Shown piece after piece: positions 29,874 through 39,417 of a stretch of DNA of 64,000 nucleotides. How positions within the stretch are numbered: the first letter of the stretch is position 1; the number at the start of each line of letters is the position of its first letter. The translations under genes and the position numbers were made by a program. Source of the DNA: Balneolales bacterium. GTDB taxonomy: Bacteria > Bacteroidota > Rhodothermia > Balneolales > HLUCCA01. The notes below the pieces were generated by a model, which saw only the letters and a list, made by a program, of their open reading frames with translations, made no database searches and was not told the origin of the DNA. Where the stretch lies: contig JANJTJ010000117.1 of NCBI GenBank assembly GCA_024711145.1, forward strand, positions 416 to 64,415, written 5' to 3'.

Positions 29874-31423
29874 AGCCGGACCACCTCGTGGCGGCCGCCC
29901 GGGTGCGCGGCTACGATATCGAGCAACCGGGCCGGGAAATCCGGCCCGTACCGGACCCACAGATGCACCCAACCCAGGTGGCGTTCCTGCAAGTGCCCAT
30001 CCGGAAAGAGGTGTTCGGAAACCTGGCGCAGGCGGCGCAAGCCCGTCTCCTCCTGCTGCTTGACCGATCGTAGCAATTTCTGCCTCAGTTTGTCCAAAGC
30101 GTGTTCCTGCTCCTTGAGCACGCTTTCCGTGGTGGCCACCAGGGTCGCATCGACGGCCGCCACCCAGGCTCGACGGGCATCGGCACCGTGGTGCATGTGG
30201 CGCACCCAGTCGGCTACGAAGGCATCCACATCCGGCGAGCGGGATCTTTTCAGGAATTCGGCTTCCAGGTCTTCGATCCGACCTTGGAGTTCGTGCCATT
30301 CGAACGGAAGGGCATCGGCATGGCGGGCGGCCGATGGCTCCATCAATGTGGCGCTGAACCGGGGCAGAATGACCGGCATTTGCTGGTCCATCACCTCATA
30401 AAACGCGTTCATCTGGGCATAGTAGGCGGTTTCGCCGGGTCCCGCCACATAGGCGATGTTGGGTAGCAGGGTATCCTGGAGCAGCGGCCTCAGAAACACA
30501 TTGGGCGAGAAGCGGTCGGGGTGGGTGGCGACTTCCTCGGCCAAGGTGGCGTCCAGGGTGTCCACCCGCATGCGCCCCTTCTCGGGATGATGGCGGAACA
30601 GCAGGCTGGGGCCGACCACGGCTTGGCGATGATAGCGGGCTTCCAATTGTGCGGAGACGGTTTCCAGAGCCTGCCGGGCGTTGTCGTGCCGTTCCACATA
30701 CCGAACCAGAACCGGAGCCATGCGGCGTTTCAGGACGGTATCTGTGGAACCGGCCAGAACCAGGCCCATGCCGGCGGTCGCCGCCAGGATGAGTCGGCCG
30801 AAGGCATGCGCATGGGTGCCGGCCCCCTGGTACGCCGTTTCGATGGTCGCCCAGATGGATTCCAGATGCTCGGTTTGGGGCAACGCGGCGCGCACATCGG
30901 CTTTGAATCGGTCGAAATCGGGTCCCAAGGGCAGGAATCCGGCCGAATGGGCCGCGTTTCCGGCAGGTGCCAGATCGAAACGGCGGACACCCTCCCGCGT
31001 GGGCAGATGCAGGGAACCGATTTCGGAGTAATCGTTGTCTTCGTCGGCCAGCCAGAAAACCGGTACCACGGGCGTGCCCAGCCGGGCTTCCAATTCCCGG
31101 GCCCGAGCGACGGTGGTAAGCGCCTTGAACAGGGTGTAATAAGGCCCGCCGAAGACGGTGGTCTGCTGCCCTGTGACCACCGTAACGGCCGCAGCCTCGG
31201 CCAGGCGGCCGATGTTGGCGATGGCGGCCGCATCGGCACCATGGCGGCGGTTGAAGGCCGTCAGGTCGCGCACCAGGGTGGGGCGGTCGCCCGCCCAGGC
31301 CAACGACCGGGCGGCGGCGGCCAGGGTGTCGGCATCGGCCGGGTACCGGCCATAGAAGGGAGCCAGTGCCGGATCGGCCTCCAGATAGGCCTGATACAGG
31401 GCACTGAAAGGGGAATGCGCCAA
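29870..31423 (-). CDS. bshC: bacillithiol biosynthesis cysteine-adding enzyme BshC
   Basis: Collinear similarity, recalled from B. subtilis BshC: VVTGQQ..GGPYYTLFK, PVFWLADEDNDYSEI, HPDRFSPNVFLRPLLQD..LP..AYVAGPGE.AYY, and C-terminal RYGP.F. Confidence 0.85.
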   Translation of the reverse strand: MAHSPFSALYQAYLEADPALAPFYGRYPADADTLAAAARSLAWAGDRPTLVRDLTAFNRRHGADAAAIANIGRLAEAAAVTVVTGQQTTVFGGPYYTLFKALTTVARARELEARLGTPVVPVFWLADEDNDYSEIGSLHLPTREGVRRFDLAPAGNAAHSAGFLPLGPDFDRFKADVRAALPQTEHLESIWATIETAYQGAGTHAHAFGRLILAATAGMGLVLAGSTDTVLKRRMAPVLVRYVERHDNARQALETVSAQLEARYHRQAVVGPSLLFRHHPEKGRMRVDTLDATLAEEVATHPDRFSPNVFLRPLLQDTLLPNIAYVAGPGETAYYAQMNAFYEVMDQQMPVILPRFSATLMEPSAARHADALPFEWHELQGRIEDLEAEFLKRSRSPDVDAFVADWVRHMHHGADARRAWVAAVDATLVATTESVLKEQEHALDKLRQKLLRSVKQQEETGLRRLRQVSEHLFPDGHLQERHLGWVHLWVRYGPDFPARLLDIVAAHPGGRHEVVRL

Positions 31424-31425
31424 AA

Positions 31426-32013
31426 TCAGGCCTTCAGGTTGTTGATCTCGTCCCGGATCAATGCGGCCCGTTCGTAATCCTCTTTCGCGATAGCGGCCGC
31501 GAGTTTCTTTTCCAGAAGCTGCATGTGATGATCGCTGGATTTCTGCGGCTGGGGTTCCGCCTCCGGCTCGGGCGTCCGAACCGGCTCGATGCTTTCAGTG
31601 ATCATTTCCGACACGATGCCCGCTTCGTTCAGAATATCGTCCGACACGTAGATCGGGGCATCGAATCGGATGGCCAGGGCTATGGCATCGCTCGGGCGCG
31701 AGTCGAGTACGAACTCGCCCCCGGCCGATTCCAACTGGACCTGGGCGAAAAACGTGCCGTCTTTCAGGTCGTTGATGAACACGGCTTGCACTTGGGACCC
31801 GAAGCCTTTGATCATGTTGCGCATGAGGTCGTGCGTCATCGGTCTCGGAGTTTTGATGCGCTCGAGCTCCAGGGCGATGGCCTGGGCTTCGAACGTACCG
31901 ATGATGATGGGCAGGCGGCGGTTGCCATCCCGTTCGTTCAGGATGAGCGCGTAAGCGCCTCCGCTGCTGGGGCTGGTGGAAAGCCCCATGATCTCCATCA
32001 GGATACGGTCCAC
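31426..32013 (-). CDS. bifunctional nuclease (DUF151) with C-terminal UVR motif
   Basis: LPIIIGTFEAQAIALEL, HDLM and DSRPSDAIALA motifs. C-terminal AIAKEDYERAALIRDEI is a UvrB/C-like helix. GTG 32013 or ATG 31998. Confidence 0.75.
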   Translation of the reverse strand: MDRILMEIMGLSTSPSSGGAYALILNERDGNRRLPIIIGTFEAQAIALELERIKTPRPMTHDLMRNMIKGFGSQVQAVFINDLKDGTFFAQVQLESAGGEFVLDSRPSDAIALAIRFDAPIYVSDDILNEAGIVSEMITESIEPVRTPEPEAEPQPQKSSDHHMQLLEKKLAAAIAKEDYERAALIRDEINNLKA

Positions 32014-32099
32014 TCCGGGCTGGATTTCAATCGGTTGGGGTAGCAGTTCAGATGGACGAAGATACCGGATTTGGAAGGCCGACCCAACCGCCCTTCGGT

Positions 32100-32130
32100 T
32101 TGACTTTTCGGGCCTCCAGCCCTAATTTTC
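32100..32130 (+). promoter_or_regulatory. candidate promoter for the nuo operon (TTG-N20-TAATTTTC)
   Basis: Near match to the Bacteroidota -33/-7 pattern, 26 nt upstream of the nuoA ATG. Confidence 0.3.
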
Positions 32131-32155
32131 CCCGTCTTTCAAAGCCCAATCACAC

Positions 32156-32539
32156 ATGTTCGAACTCTATTTCCCCATTGCGGTCCTGGCCGTGGTCGCA
32201 GTGGTGTTGGCCCTGGTCTTGATGGTCCTGAGCGGCATCCTGGGACCCAAACGACCCGACAAGGTGAAACTGATGCCGTACGAGTCCGGCATGGACCCCT
32301 ACGGGCAGGCCCGCGACCGCTACTCCGTTTCGTTCTACCTGGTGGCCGTCGAATTCATCGTGTTCGATCTGGAAGTGGTCTTCCTATACCCGTGGGCGGT
32401 GCGCTTCCTGGATCTGGACGCAGGCGCCTTCTGGGCCATGATGGTTTTCATCACCGTGCTGTTGTTGGGGTTGGTGTACACCCTGAAGAAGGGTACCCTG
32501 GATTGGGACTCCTCCACCGCCGCCCACAACCGCGCCTAA
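32156..32539 (+). CDS. nuoA: NADH-quinone oxidoreductase subunit A
   Basis: 127 aa, 3 TM, YESG and [12 protein letters not shown] motifs. Confidence 0.9.
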   Translation: MFELYFPIAVLAVVAVVLALVLMVLSGILGPKRPDKVKLMPYESGMDPYGQARDRYSVSFYLVAVEFIVFDLEVVFLYPWAVRFLDLDAGAFWAMMVFITVLLLGLVYTLKKGTLDWDSSTAAHNRA

Positions 32540-32552
32540 CCGATATCCGGAT

Positions 32553-33038
32553 ATGTCTTTAGACAAAGCCCTCAACCAAACCGGCTTCCTGACGACGAGC
32601 GTGGACGCGCTTGTGAACTGGGGCCGATCGAACGCGGTCTGGCCCATGCCGATGGGTCTGGCCTGCTGCGCCATCGAGATGATGGCCTTCGCCGGCCCCA
32701 AATACGACGCCTCCCGCTTCGGGTCGGAAGTGTTCCGATTCTCGCCCCGCCAGTCGGACCTGATGATCGTGGCCGGCTGGTGCACCTACAAGATGTCGCA
32801 TGCCATCCGCCGGATCTGGGACCAGATGCCCGATCCGAAATGGTGCATCGCCATGGGTGCCTGCGCCAGCACCGGCGGTATGCACCGCTGCTACGGCGTG
32901 GTGCAGGGTATCGACAATTTCCTGCCGGTGGATGTGTACATCAGCGGTTGCCCGCCCCGCCCCGAAACGCTGATCAAGGCCCTGATCCAAATCCAGGACA
33001 AGATCAAGCAGTATCCCGTCCACGAGCTCGACGCCTGA
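32553..33038 (+). CDS. nuoB: NADH-quinone oxidoreductase subunit B
   Basis: [18 protein letters not shown] and SGCPPRPE Fe-S N2 motifs. Confidence 0.95.
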   Translation: MSLDKALNQTGFLTTSVDALVNWGRSNAVWPMPMGLACCAIEMMAFAGPKYDASRFGSEVFRFSPRQSDLMIVAGWCTYKMSHAIRRIWDQMPDPKWCIAMGACASTGGMHRCYGVVQGIDNFLPVDVYISGCPPRPETLIKALIQIQDKIKQYPVHELDA

Positions 33039-33041
33039 ACC

Positions 33042-33545
33042 ATGTCCCATCCCACACCGGCCCAGGTGGTCGAAGCACTGCGGAAAACGTTCGGTGATGC
33101 CGTTCTGGAAGAGCAGGTGCACCAGGGCGACACCTTCGTCCGGGTAGATGCCGCCCGCATCCACGATGTGCTGCTCGACCTGCGCGACACCCACGCCTTC
33201 ATCTATCTGTCGGACCTGTTCGGTATCGACCGCTTCACCGCCGAACAACGGTTCGAAGTGTGCTACAACCTGGTCTCGCTCAAGCACGGCACCCGGATCT
33301 TCGTGAAAACCCGTGTGGAGGAGACCGATCCGGTACTTCCCACGGCTTCCGACATCTGGACGGGCGCCAACTGGAACGAACGGGAGACCTACGACATGTT
33401 CGGCATCCGATTCGAGGGGCATCCCGATTTCCGTCGGGTGTATCTGCCCGAGGATTTCGAGCATTTCCCCCTCCGCAAAGAGTTCCCGCTGCTCGGAATA
33501 CCCGGCTCGCTGGGGTTGCCCCATACCACACCCGACCGGGAGTAA
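33042..33545 (+). CDS. nuoC: NADH-quinone oxidoreductase subunit C
   Basis: ANWNERETYDMFGIRFEGHPD signature. Confidence 0.9.
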   Translation: MSHPTPAQVVEALRKTFGDAVLEEQVHQGDTFVRVDAARIHDVLLDLRDTHAFIYLSDLFGIDRFTAEQRFEVCYNLVSLKHGTRIFVKTRVEETDPVLPTASDIWTGANWNERETYDMFGIRFEGHPDFRRVYLPEDFEHFPLRKEFPLLGIPGSLGLPHTTPDRE

Positions 33546-33551
33546 CGGATC

Positions 33552-34844
33552 ATGAAACCCGATATCCTGCACGAAAAGCTGAAACCGGCCTTCCAACCGG
33601 AACACCAGTACGCCTTCTACAAGGCGCTCGAAGACAAGCATACCACCATCGAGGTGGACGACAACGACCCGCTCAGCACCCGCATGATCCTGAACATGGG
33701 TCCCCAGCACCCCGCCACCCACGGCGTGTTGCGGGTGCTGACCGAGCTCAAGGGCGAACGCATTCTCAAGTGCAAGCTGGACATCGGCTACCTGCACCGG
33801 GGTGTGGAGAAGATCGCCGAAAACAAGACCTACCAGGAGTTCATGCCCTATACGGACCGCATGGATTACCTCTCGCCGTATTCCAACAACGTGGCCTTGT
33901 GCACGGCGGTGGAAAAACTGGCCGGTATCGAAATCCCCGACCGGGCCGCCTGGATCCGCATGCTAGGGTGCGAGTTGGCCCGCATATCGGCGCATCTGCT
34001 CTGGTTGGGCACCATGCTGATGGACTCCGGCGCCATCTCCTTCTTCATCTGGACCTTCCGCGAGCGGGAAAAGATCTATTCCCTGTTCGATGAGATCGCC
34101 GGGCACCGGTTCACCGTATCGCACGCGCGCATCGGAGGGGTAGCCGCCGACCTGACGCCCGAGGCCTTGGCCGCCGTGCGCAAGTTCATCTCGGAATTCC
34201 CGAACGAGGTGGCCGAATGGAAGACCTTCCTGAACAAGAACCGCATCTTCCTGGACCGGAACGCCGGCATCGGCACCATCGGGTATGAGGATGCCATCGC
34301 TCTGGGCATGTCGGGTGCGAACATCCGGGCCACCGGCATCGCCTACGACATGCGCACCTTCGCACCCTACCTCAAATACGACGAGGTGGAGTTCATGGTC
34401 CCCACCCGGCTGGAGGGCGACAACCTGGCCCGCTACTACGTGCGCATGGAAGAGATCGAGCAGTCGATCCGCATCATCAACCAGGTTCTCGAGAAACTGA
34501 ATGTCCCCGGCCCGATCCGGGTGGACAACGCCAAGAAGTCCTACCCTTCCAAAGACGAGGTCTATTACTCCATGGAAGGCCTGATCCACGATTTCATGAT
34601 GACCGACACCGGGGTGTGCCCGCCGCCCGGCCGCGAGATCTACCACGCCATCGAAGCGCCCAAGGGCGAGCTCGGGTACTACATCCAGAGCGACGGTACG
34701 GGCCACCCGTGGCGGCTCAAAATCAAATCTCCCTCATTCAGCAACCTGCAAGGCCTCGAAAAAATCCTGGACGGATGCATGCTTGCCGACACCGTGGTGG
34801 TGATCGGTGGGGTGGATCCGGTAATGGGTGAGGCGGACAAATAA
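33552..34844 (+). CDS. nuoD: NADH-quinone oxidoreductase subunit D
   Basis: NMGPQHPATHGVLR and IGYLHRGVEK motifs, C-terminal DPVMGEADK. Confidence 0.95.
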   Translation: MKPDILHEKLKPAFQPEHQYAFYKALEDKHTTIEVDDNDPLSTRMILNMGPQHPATHGVLRVLTELKGERILKCKLDIGYLHRGVEKIAENKTYQEFMPYTDRMDYLSPYSNNVALCTAVEKLAGIEIPDRAAWIRMLGCELARISAHLLWLGTMLMDSGAISFFIWTFREREKIYSLFDEIAGHRFTVSHARIGGVAADLTPEALAAVRKFISEFPNEVAEWKTFLNKNRIFLDRNAGIGTIGYEDAIALGMSGANIRATGIAYDMRTFAPYLKYDEVEFMVPTRLEGDNLARYYVRMEEIEQSIRIINQVLEKLNVPGPIRVDNAKKSYPSKDEVYYSMEGLIHDFMMTDTGVCPPPGREIYHAIEAPKGELGYYIQSDGTGHPWRLKIKSPSFSNLQGLEKILDGCMLADTVVVIGGVDPVMGEADK

Positions 34845-34845
34845 C

Positions 34846-35382
34846 ATGGCCACCTACGTTTTCACCGCCGAGCAACTCGCCCAGATCGAGGCGATCAAAT
34901 CCCGCTACCCGTCGGTTCAATCGGCCACCATGCCGGTTCTGTGGTTGGCGCAAGACGCCTTCGGCCATGTGGATGCCGACGTGCAGCAACTGGTAGCCGA
35001 TACCCTCGGCCTGCCGGCCAGCCACGTGCACGGCGTGGCCACCTTCTACACCCAGTATTACAAGGAGAAGAAGGGCAAGCACGTACTCGACGTATGCACC
35101 TGCCTGAGCTGCCACATTTCCGGTGGGTACGACATGCTGCATCATCTGGAGAACCGTTTGGGCATCAAGGCCGGCGAAACCACTCCCGACGGCCTGTTCA
35201 CCATCCAGAGTGTGGAGTGCCTGGGAGCCTGCGGCTACGCCCCCATGATGCAGATCACCAACGACGTGTTCGTGAACGAACTGACTCCCGAAAAGCTGGA
35301 CCAGGTGATCGATACCCTGAAAAAGGGCGGTTCGCCCGATTTCGAACCCATCGGACTCGTCAACAACCGCGAAACGGCCTGA
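34846..35382 (+). CDS. nuoE: NADH-quinone oxidoreductase subunit E
   Basis: 2Fe-2S ligand pattern CTCLSC...CLGACGYAP. ATG 34846 lies 1 nt after the nuoD stop. Confidence 0.9.
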   Translation: MATYVFTAEQLAQIEAIKSRYPSVQSATMPVLWLAQDAFGHVDADVQQLVADTLGLPASHVHGVATFYTQYYKEKKGKHVLDVCTCLSCHISGGYDMLHHLENRLGIKAGETTPDGLFTIQSVECLGACGYAPMMQITNDVFVNELTPEKLDQVIDTLKKGGSPDFEPIGLVNNRETA

Positions 35383-35386
35383 ATCC

Positions 35387-36676
35387 ATGAGCTTCGACTG
35401 GAAAACCTATCAGCCGCTGCTGATTCCCAACATCCCCGGGCTGGCCGACATCAAGGTCTATGAGCAGCACGGCGGTTATGTGCAATACAAGAAGGTACTG
35501 GGCGACCAGACCACCTGGACCCCCGAGGCCGTCACCAACGAGGTGAAAAGTTCGGGCCTGCGCGGGCGGGGTGGTGCCGGCTTCAACACCGGGCTCAAGT
35601 GGTCCTTCATGCCGAAACCCGATGGCGGCCCCCGCTACATCGCGGCAAACGGCGACGAATCGGAACCCGGTACGTTCAAAGACCGCACCATTTTCGAGTT
35701 CAATCCGCATTCCTTCATCGAAGGGGCCCTTATCGCGGCCTATGCCATGCGGATCACGGCCGTGTATGTGTACATCCGGGGCGAATACCGTTCCTGGATC
35801 CGCATGATGGAAAAAGCCATCGCCGACGCCTATGCCGCCGGCCATATCGGCAAGAACATCCATGGCAGCGGCTTCTCCACCGACATGTATGTGCATTCGG
35901 GAGCCGGCGCCTACATCTGCGGCGAAGAATCCTCGCTGATGGAGTCGTTGGAAGGAAAACGCGGCTATCCCCGTGTGAAACCGCCCTTCCCGGCGCAACG
36001 GGGACTCTGGGGTCGGCCAACCACCATCAACAACATCGAGACCCTGGCCAATGTGCCGCTGATCCTGCGCATCGGGGCCGAGGCCTATTCGCAGATCGGT
36101 GCCAAAACCCACCCGGGTCCGCTGCTTTACGGCATTTCGGGCCACGTGAACAAACCCGGAGTGTATGAATTCCCGTCGGGCATGCCCATCGAAACCCTCA
36201 TCCACGAGGTGTGCGGTGGCGTGAAAGGCGGCAAGAAAGTGAAAGCCGTGATCCCGGGCGGTTCGTCCACCCCTCCCCTGCGCGGCGACCAACTGGCCGG
36301 CGTCTGCATGGATTCCGACTCCCTGCGCACGGCGGGGTCCATGTTGGGCACCGCGGGCATGGTGGTCATGGATGAAGACACCGACCTGGTGGATGTGCTC
36401 ACCCGCATCGCCCATTTCTACCATCACGAAAGCTGCGGCCAGTGCACGCCCTGCCGCGAAGGCACCGGATGGTTGGAGAAAACCCTCAAGAAGATCCGAC
36501 GGGGCGATGGCACCCCGCGCGATTTGGAACTCCTGCTGGACATCTGCACCCAGATGGAAGGCCGTACCATCTGCGCCCTGGCCGATGCCGCCGCCTGGCC
36601 CGTCCGTTACACCATCACCCGTTTCCGCGAGGACTTCGAAGCCCGCGTGAAAACCCCGGTACACGCCCACGCCTGA
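35387..36676 (+). CDS. nuoF: NADH-quinone oxidoreductase subunit F
   Basis: GLRGRGGAGF, ESEPGTFKDR and ESCGQCTPCREG motifs. Confidence 0.95.
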   Translation: MSFDWKTYQPLLIPNIPGLADIKVYEQHGGYVQYKKVLGDQTTWTPEAVTNEVKSSGLRGRGGAGFNTGLKWSFMPKPDGGPRYIAANGDESEPGTFKDRTIFEFNPHSFIEGALIAAYAMRITAVYVYIRGEYRSWIRMMEKAIADAYAAGHIGKNIHGSGFSTDMYVHSGAGAYICGEESSLMESLEGKRGYPRVKPPFPAQRGLWGRPTTINNIETLANVPLILRIGAEAYSQIGAKTHPGPLLYGISGHVNKPGVYEFPSGMPIETLIHEVCGGVKGGKKVKAVIPGGSSTPPLRGDQLAGVCMDSDSLRTAGSMLGTAGMVVMDEDTDLVDVLTRIAHFYHHESCGQCTPCREGTGWLEKTLKKIRRGDGTPRDLELLLDICTQMEGRTICALADAAAWPVRYTITRFREDFEARVKTPVHAHA

Positions 36677-36678
36677 CC

Positions 36679-38400
36679 ATGGCCGAAATCTTCATCGACA
36701 ACAAGCGGTTCGAATACGACCAACCCACCAAGGTGCTCCAGTTCATTCTGGACCAAGGTCTCGACCTGCCCCATTTCTGCTACCACCCGGCCTTGTCCAT
36801 TCCGGCCAACTGCCGCCAATGTTATGTGGAAGCCGGTCTGCCCGTTTTCGACCGGGAAAAGAACGCCTATGAACTCGACGCCAACGGCGACCGGGTGATC
36901 CGCTGGTTCCCCAAGCTGCAGACCGCCTGCTCCTTGGACGCCACCGACGGTATGGTGATCAAAACCCACGTGACCAGCGAACTGGTGCGCCGCGGGCAGA
37001 AGGATGTGTTGGAATTCATCCTGATCAACCATCCCCTGGACTGCCCCATCTGCGACCAAGCCGGTGAGTGCCCCCTTCAGGAGCAAACCTACAAGTATGG
37101 TCCGGAAGGCAGCCGTTTCGAGCATAAGAAGGTCCACAAGCCCAAGCGCATCCAGCTCGGGCCCCGCGTGGTGCTCGATGCCGAGCGGTGCATCAACTGC
37201 ACCCGTTGCGTGCGGTTCACCCAGGAAATCTCCAAGACCCATCAGCTGACCATCGTACAGCGGGGCGACAACAACTACCCGATGACCGCGCCTGGCCATG
37301 TGTTCGACGATCCGTATTCGATGAACACGGTGGATATTTGCCCGGTCGGCGCCCTGACCGCCTCCGATTTCCGTTTCAAGGCACGGGTATGGGAAATGGC
37401 CTCCACCCCGTCCATCGACCTTACCAACGGCAAAGGCTGCTCGGTTGACCTTTGGACCCGAGACAACCTCGTGTTGCGCATAACACCGAGGTTCAATCCG
37501 GCCGTGAACGGCCACTGGATGCCCGATTCGGGTCGGGCCGCTTTCGCCACCCTCAACCACGACCGGGTAGACAAACCCCTGGTGCGGTTGGATGGAGAGG
37601 CGATCCCCACGTCCTGGAACAATGCCCTGCTCACCTTTACCGAGCGGGTCACGGCCGCCAACCGCATCGCCGTGGTGGGTTCGCCCCATGCCAGCACCGA
37701 AGACAACTACGTGTTCAAGCGGTTCTTCGAGGCCGCCGGCAAAGGCGCTGCCGTCTTCGTACCGCATGTCATTCCCGGTAGCGGCGACGGGTTCCTGCTC
37801 AGCGACGACCAGGCGCCCAACGCCACCGGTGCCCGCCTGTTGGGCCTTGCCGAAACCCAGGCGGCCGCATTGGCCGCCGAAGTGACCGCCGCCGACCTGG
37901 TGGTGGTGCTCAACGACGACCTCGTAGGTCGGGGCGTGCTCCGTGCCGAAGACCTGGCCGGCAAAACCATCACCTTCGCCAGCAACCACAACGCCACTAC
38001 AGCCGCCGCCGATCTGGTGGTGCCCGTCACCAACGGTGCCGAACATGTGGGTACCTATGTGAACGTGGACGGCCGCGCCCAGCGCACCATACCTGCCAAA
38101 GAAACCAGCCGCACCGACCGCCGCCTCAACCTGGAGATGTCGTCGGGCCGGTTGGACACCTTCGGCACCCGGTTCGACAACTGGGTGAGCGACCTGAACC
38201 GCATCGACTGCGTGCCGGCCTGGGAGTTCCTCACCGAGGCATCCCAGGAGCTCGGTACCGGGCTCTATTACGAATCCGCACGTGATGTGCTGGCTGAAAT
38301 CGCCGCCCGGATCGACGCATTCGCCGGCATCAGCTACGAGCGGATGGACGACGAACGCGGAATCGCACTGCTTGCCACCAACGAAACCGTTTCCGCCTGA
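36679..38400 (+). CDS. nuoG: NADH-quinone oxidoreductase subunit G (short form, 573 aa)
   Basis: N-terminal 2Fe-2S (C..C..C pattern), HPLDCPICDQAGEC and CINCTRCVRF motifs. ATG 36679; the track ORF is N-extended over nuoF. Confidence 0.9.
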   Translation: MAEIFIDNKRFEYDQPTKVLQFILDQGLDLPHFCYHPALSIPANCRQCYVEAGLPVFDREKNAYELDANGDRVIRWFPKLQTACSLDATDGMVIKTHVTSELVRRGQKDVLEFILINHPLDCPICDQAGECPLQEQTYKYGPEGSRFEHKKVHKPKRIQLGPRVVLDAERCINCTRCVRFTQEISKTHQLTIVQRGDNNYPMTAPGHVFDDPYSMNTVDICPVGALTASDFRFKARVWEMASTPSIDLTNGKGCSVDLWTRDNLVLRITPRFNPAVNGHWMPDSGRAAFATLNHDRVDKPLVRLDGEAIPTSWNNALLTFTERVTAANRIAVVGSPHASTEDNYVFKRFFEAAGKGAAVFVPHVIPGSGDGFLLSDDQAPNATGARLLGLAETQAAALAAEVTAADLVVVLNDDLVGRGVLRAEDLAGKTITFASNHNATTAAADLVVPVTNGAEHVGTYVNVDGRAQRTIPAKETSRTDRRLNLEMSSGRLDTFGTRFDNWVSDLNRIDCVPAWEFLTEASQELGTGLYYESARDVLAEIAARIDAFAGISYERMDDERGIALLATNETVSA

Positions 38401-38403
38401 CCC

Positions 38404-39417
38404 ATGGGATTGCTCGAACTACTCACTCCCGCCCTGCTCACCTCGTTGGCCGTCATCGGTGGTGGCGCCTTCTTCCTGCTCAATTCGGCCGCGTTGGCCG
38501 TTTATGCCGAACGCCGGGTGGCCGCATTCATCCAGAACCGGGTGGGTCCCAACCGGGTGGGCCCCATGGGCTTGCTCCAACCCATCGCCGACGTGCTCAA
38601 GCTCATCCTGAAAGAGGATGTGGTGCCCGCCCAGGGGAACAAGGTGGTACACGCCATCGCCCCCATGATTCCGGTCATCACCGCCCTCATGACGGTGGCG
38701 GTCATTCCATTCGGCGACGGGCTGGTGGGTGCCAACCTCAACGTCGGTGTGCTGTACCTGTTGGCCATCACCTCCCTCGGGGTGTACGGGGTTACCCTGG
38801 CCGGCTGGGCTTCCAACAGCAAATACGCCCTGTTGGGTGGTCTGCGCGCCGCGGCCCAGATGCTCAGCTACGAACTGCCCATGGGCATGGCGGTGGCATC
38901 GGTGGTGCTGCTGGCCGGCTCGCTCAGTGTGGTCGAGGTGGTGAACGCCCAACGCGACCTCTGGTTCGTGTTCGTCAACCCCATCGGGTTCCTCATCTTC
39001 TTCATCGCGGCCCTGGCCGAAGCCAACCGCACACCGTTCGACCTGGTGGAAGCCGAACAGGAATTGGTGGGTGGCTACCATACCGAATATTCCTCCATGA
39101 AATTCGGCATGTTCTTCCTGGCCGAATACATGCACGTGACCATCGGGTCCATGCTGATCACCACGTTCTTCTTCGGGGGGTACCACCTGCCCTTCTCCAG
39201 CCATTGGCTGCCCGACATCGGCAACTGGAAGATCCTGTTGGACATCACCGTGTTCCTGGGCAAAACCTGCTTCTTCGCCTTCAGCTACATCTGGATCCGT
39301 TGGACCATTCCCCGGTTCAAGTACGACCAACTCATGCGGTTGGGCTGGAGCCGGCTCTTGCCGCTTTCCATCGTCAACTTCATGGTGATCGCGATCGTGC
39401 TGTGGATGATGCGCTGA
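38404..39417 (+). CDS. nuoH: NADH-quinone oxidoreductase subunit H
   Basis: AERRVAAFIQNRVGPNRVGP, PFDLVEAEQELVGGYHTEYS and multi-TM. Confidence 0.95.
   Translation: MGLLELLTPALLTSLAVIGGGAFFLLNSAALAVYAERRVAAFIQNRVGPNRVGPMGLLQPIADVLKLILKEDVVPAQGNKVVHAIAPMIPVITALMTVAVIPFGDGLVGANLNVGVLYLLAITSLGVYGVTLAGWASNSKYALLGGLRAAAQMLSYELPMGMAVASVVLLAGSLSVVEVVNAQRDLWFVFVNPIGFLIFFIAALAEANRTPFDLVEAEQELVGGYHTEYSSMKFGMFFLAEYMHVTIGSMLITTFFFGGYHLPFSSHWLPDIGNWKILLDITVFLGKTCFFAFSYIWIRWTIPRFKYDQLMRLGWSRLLPLSIVNFMVIAIVLWMMR

Noticed and set aside
32031-32090. Long-range inverted repeat (CGGTTGGG ... CCCAACCG) upstream of nuoA, considered as a possible structured leader or riboswitch.
   Set aside because: It has only 8 bp of complementarity with a 44-nt loop and no recognisable riboswitch core. 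This is plausibly chance in GC-rich DNA.
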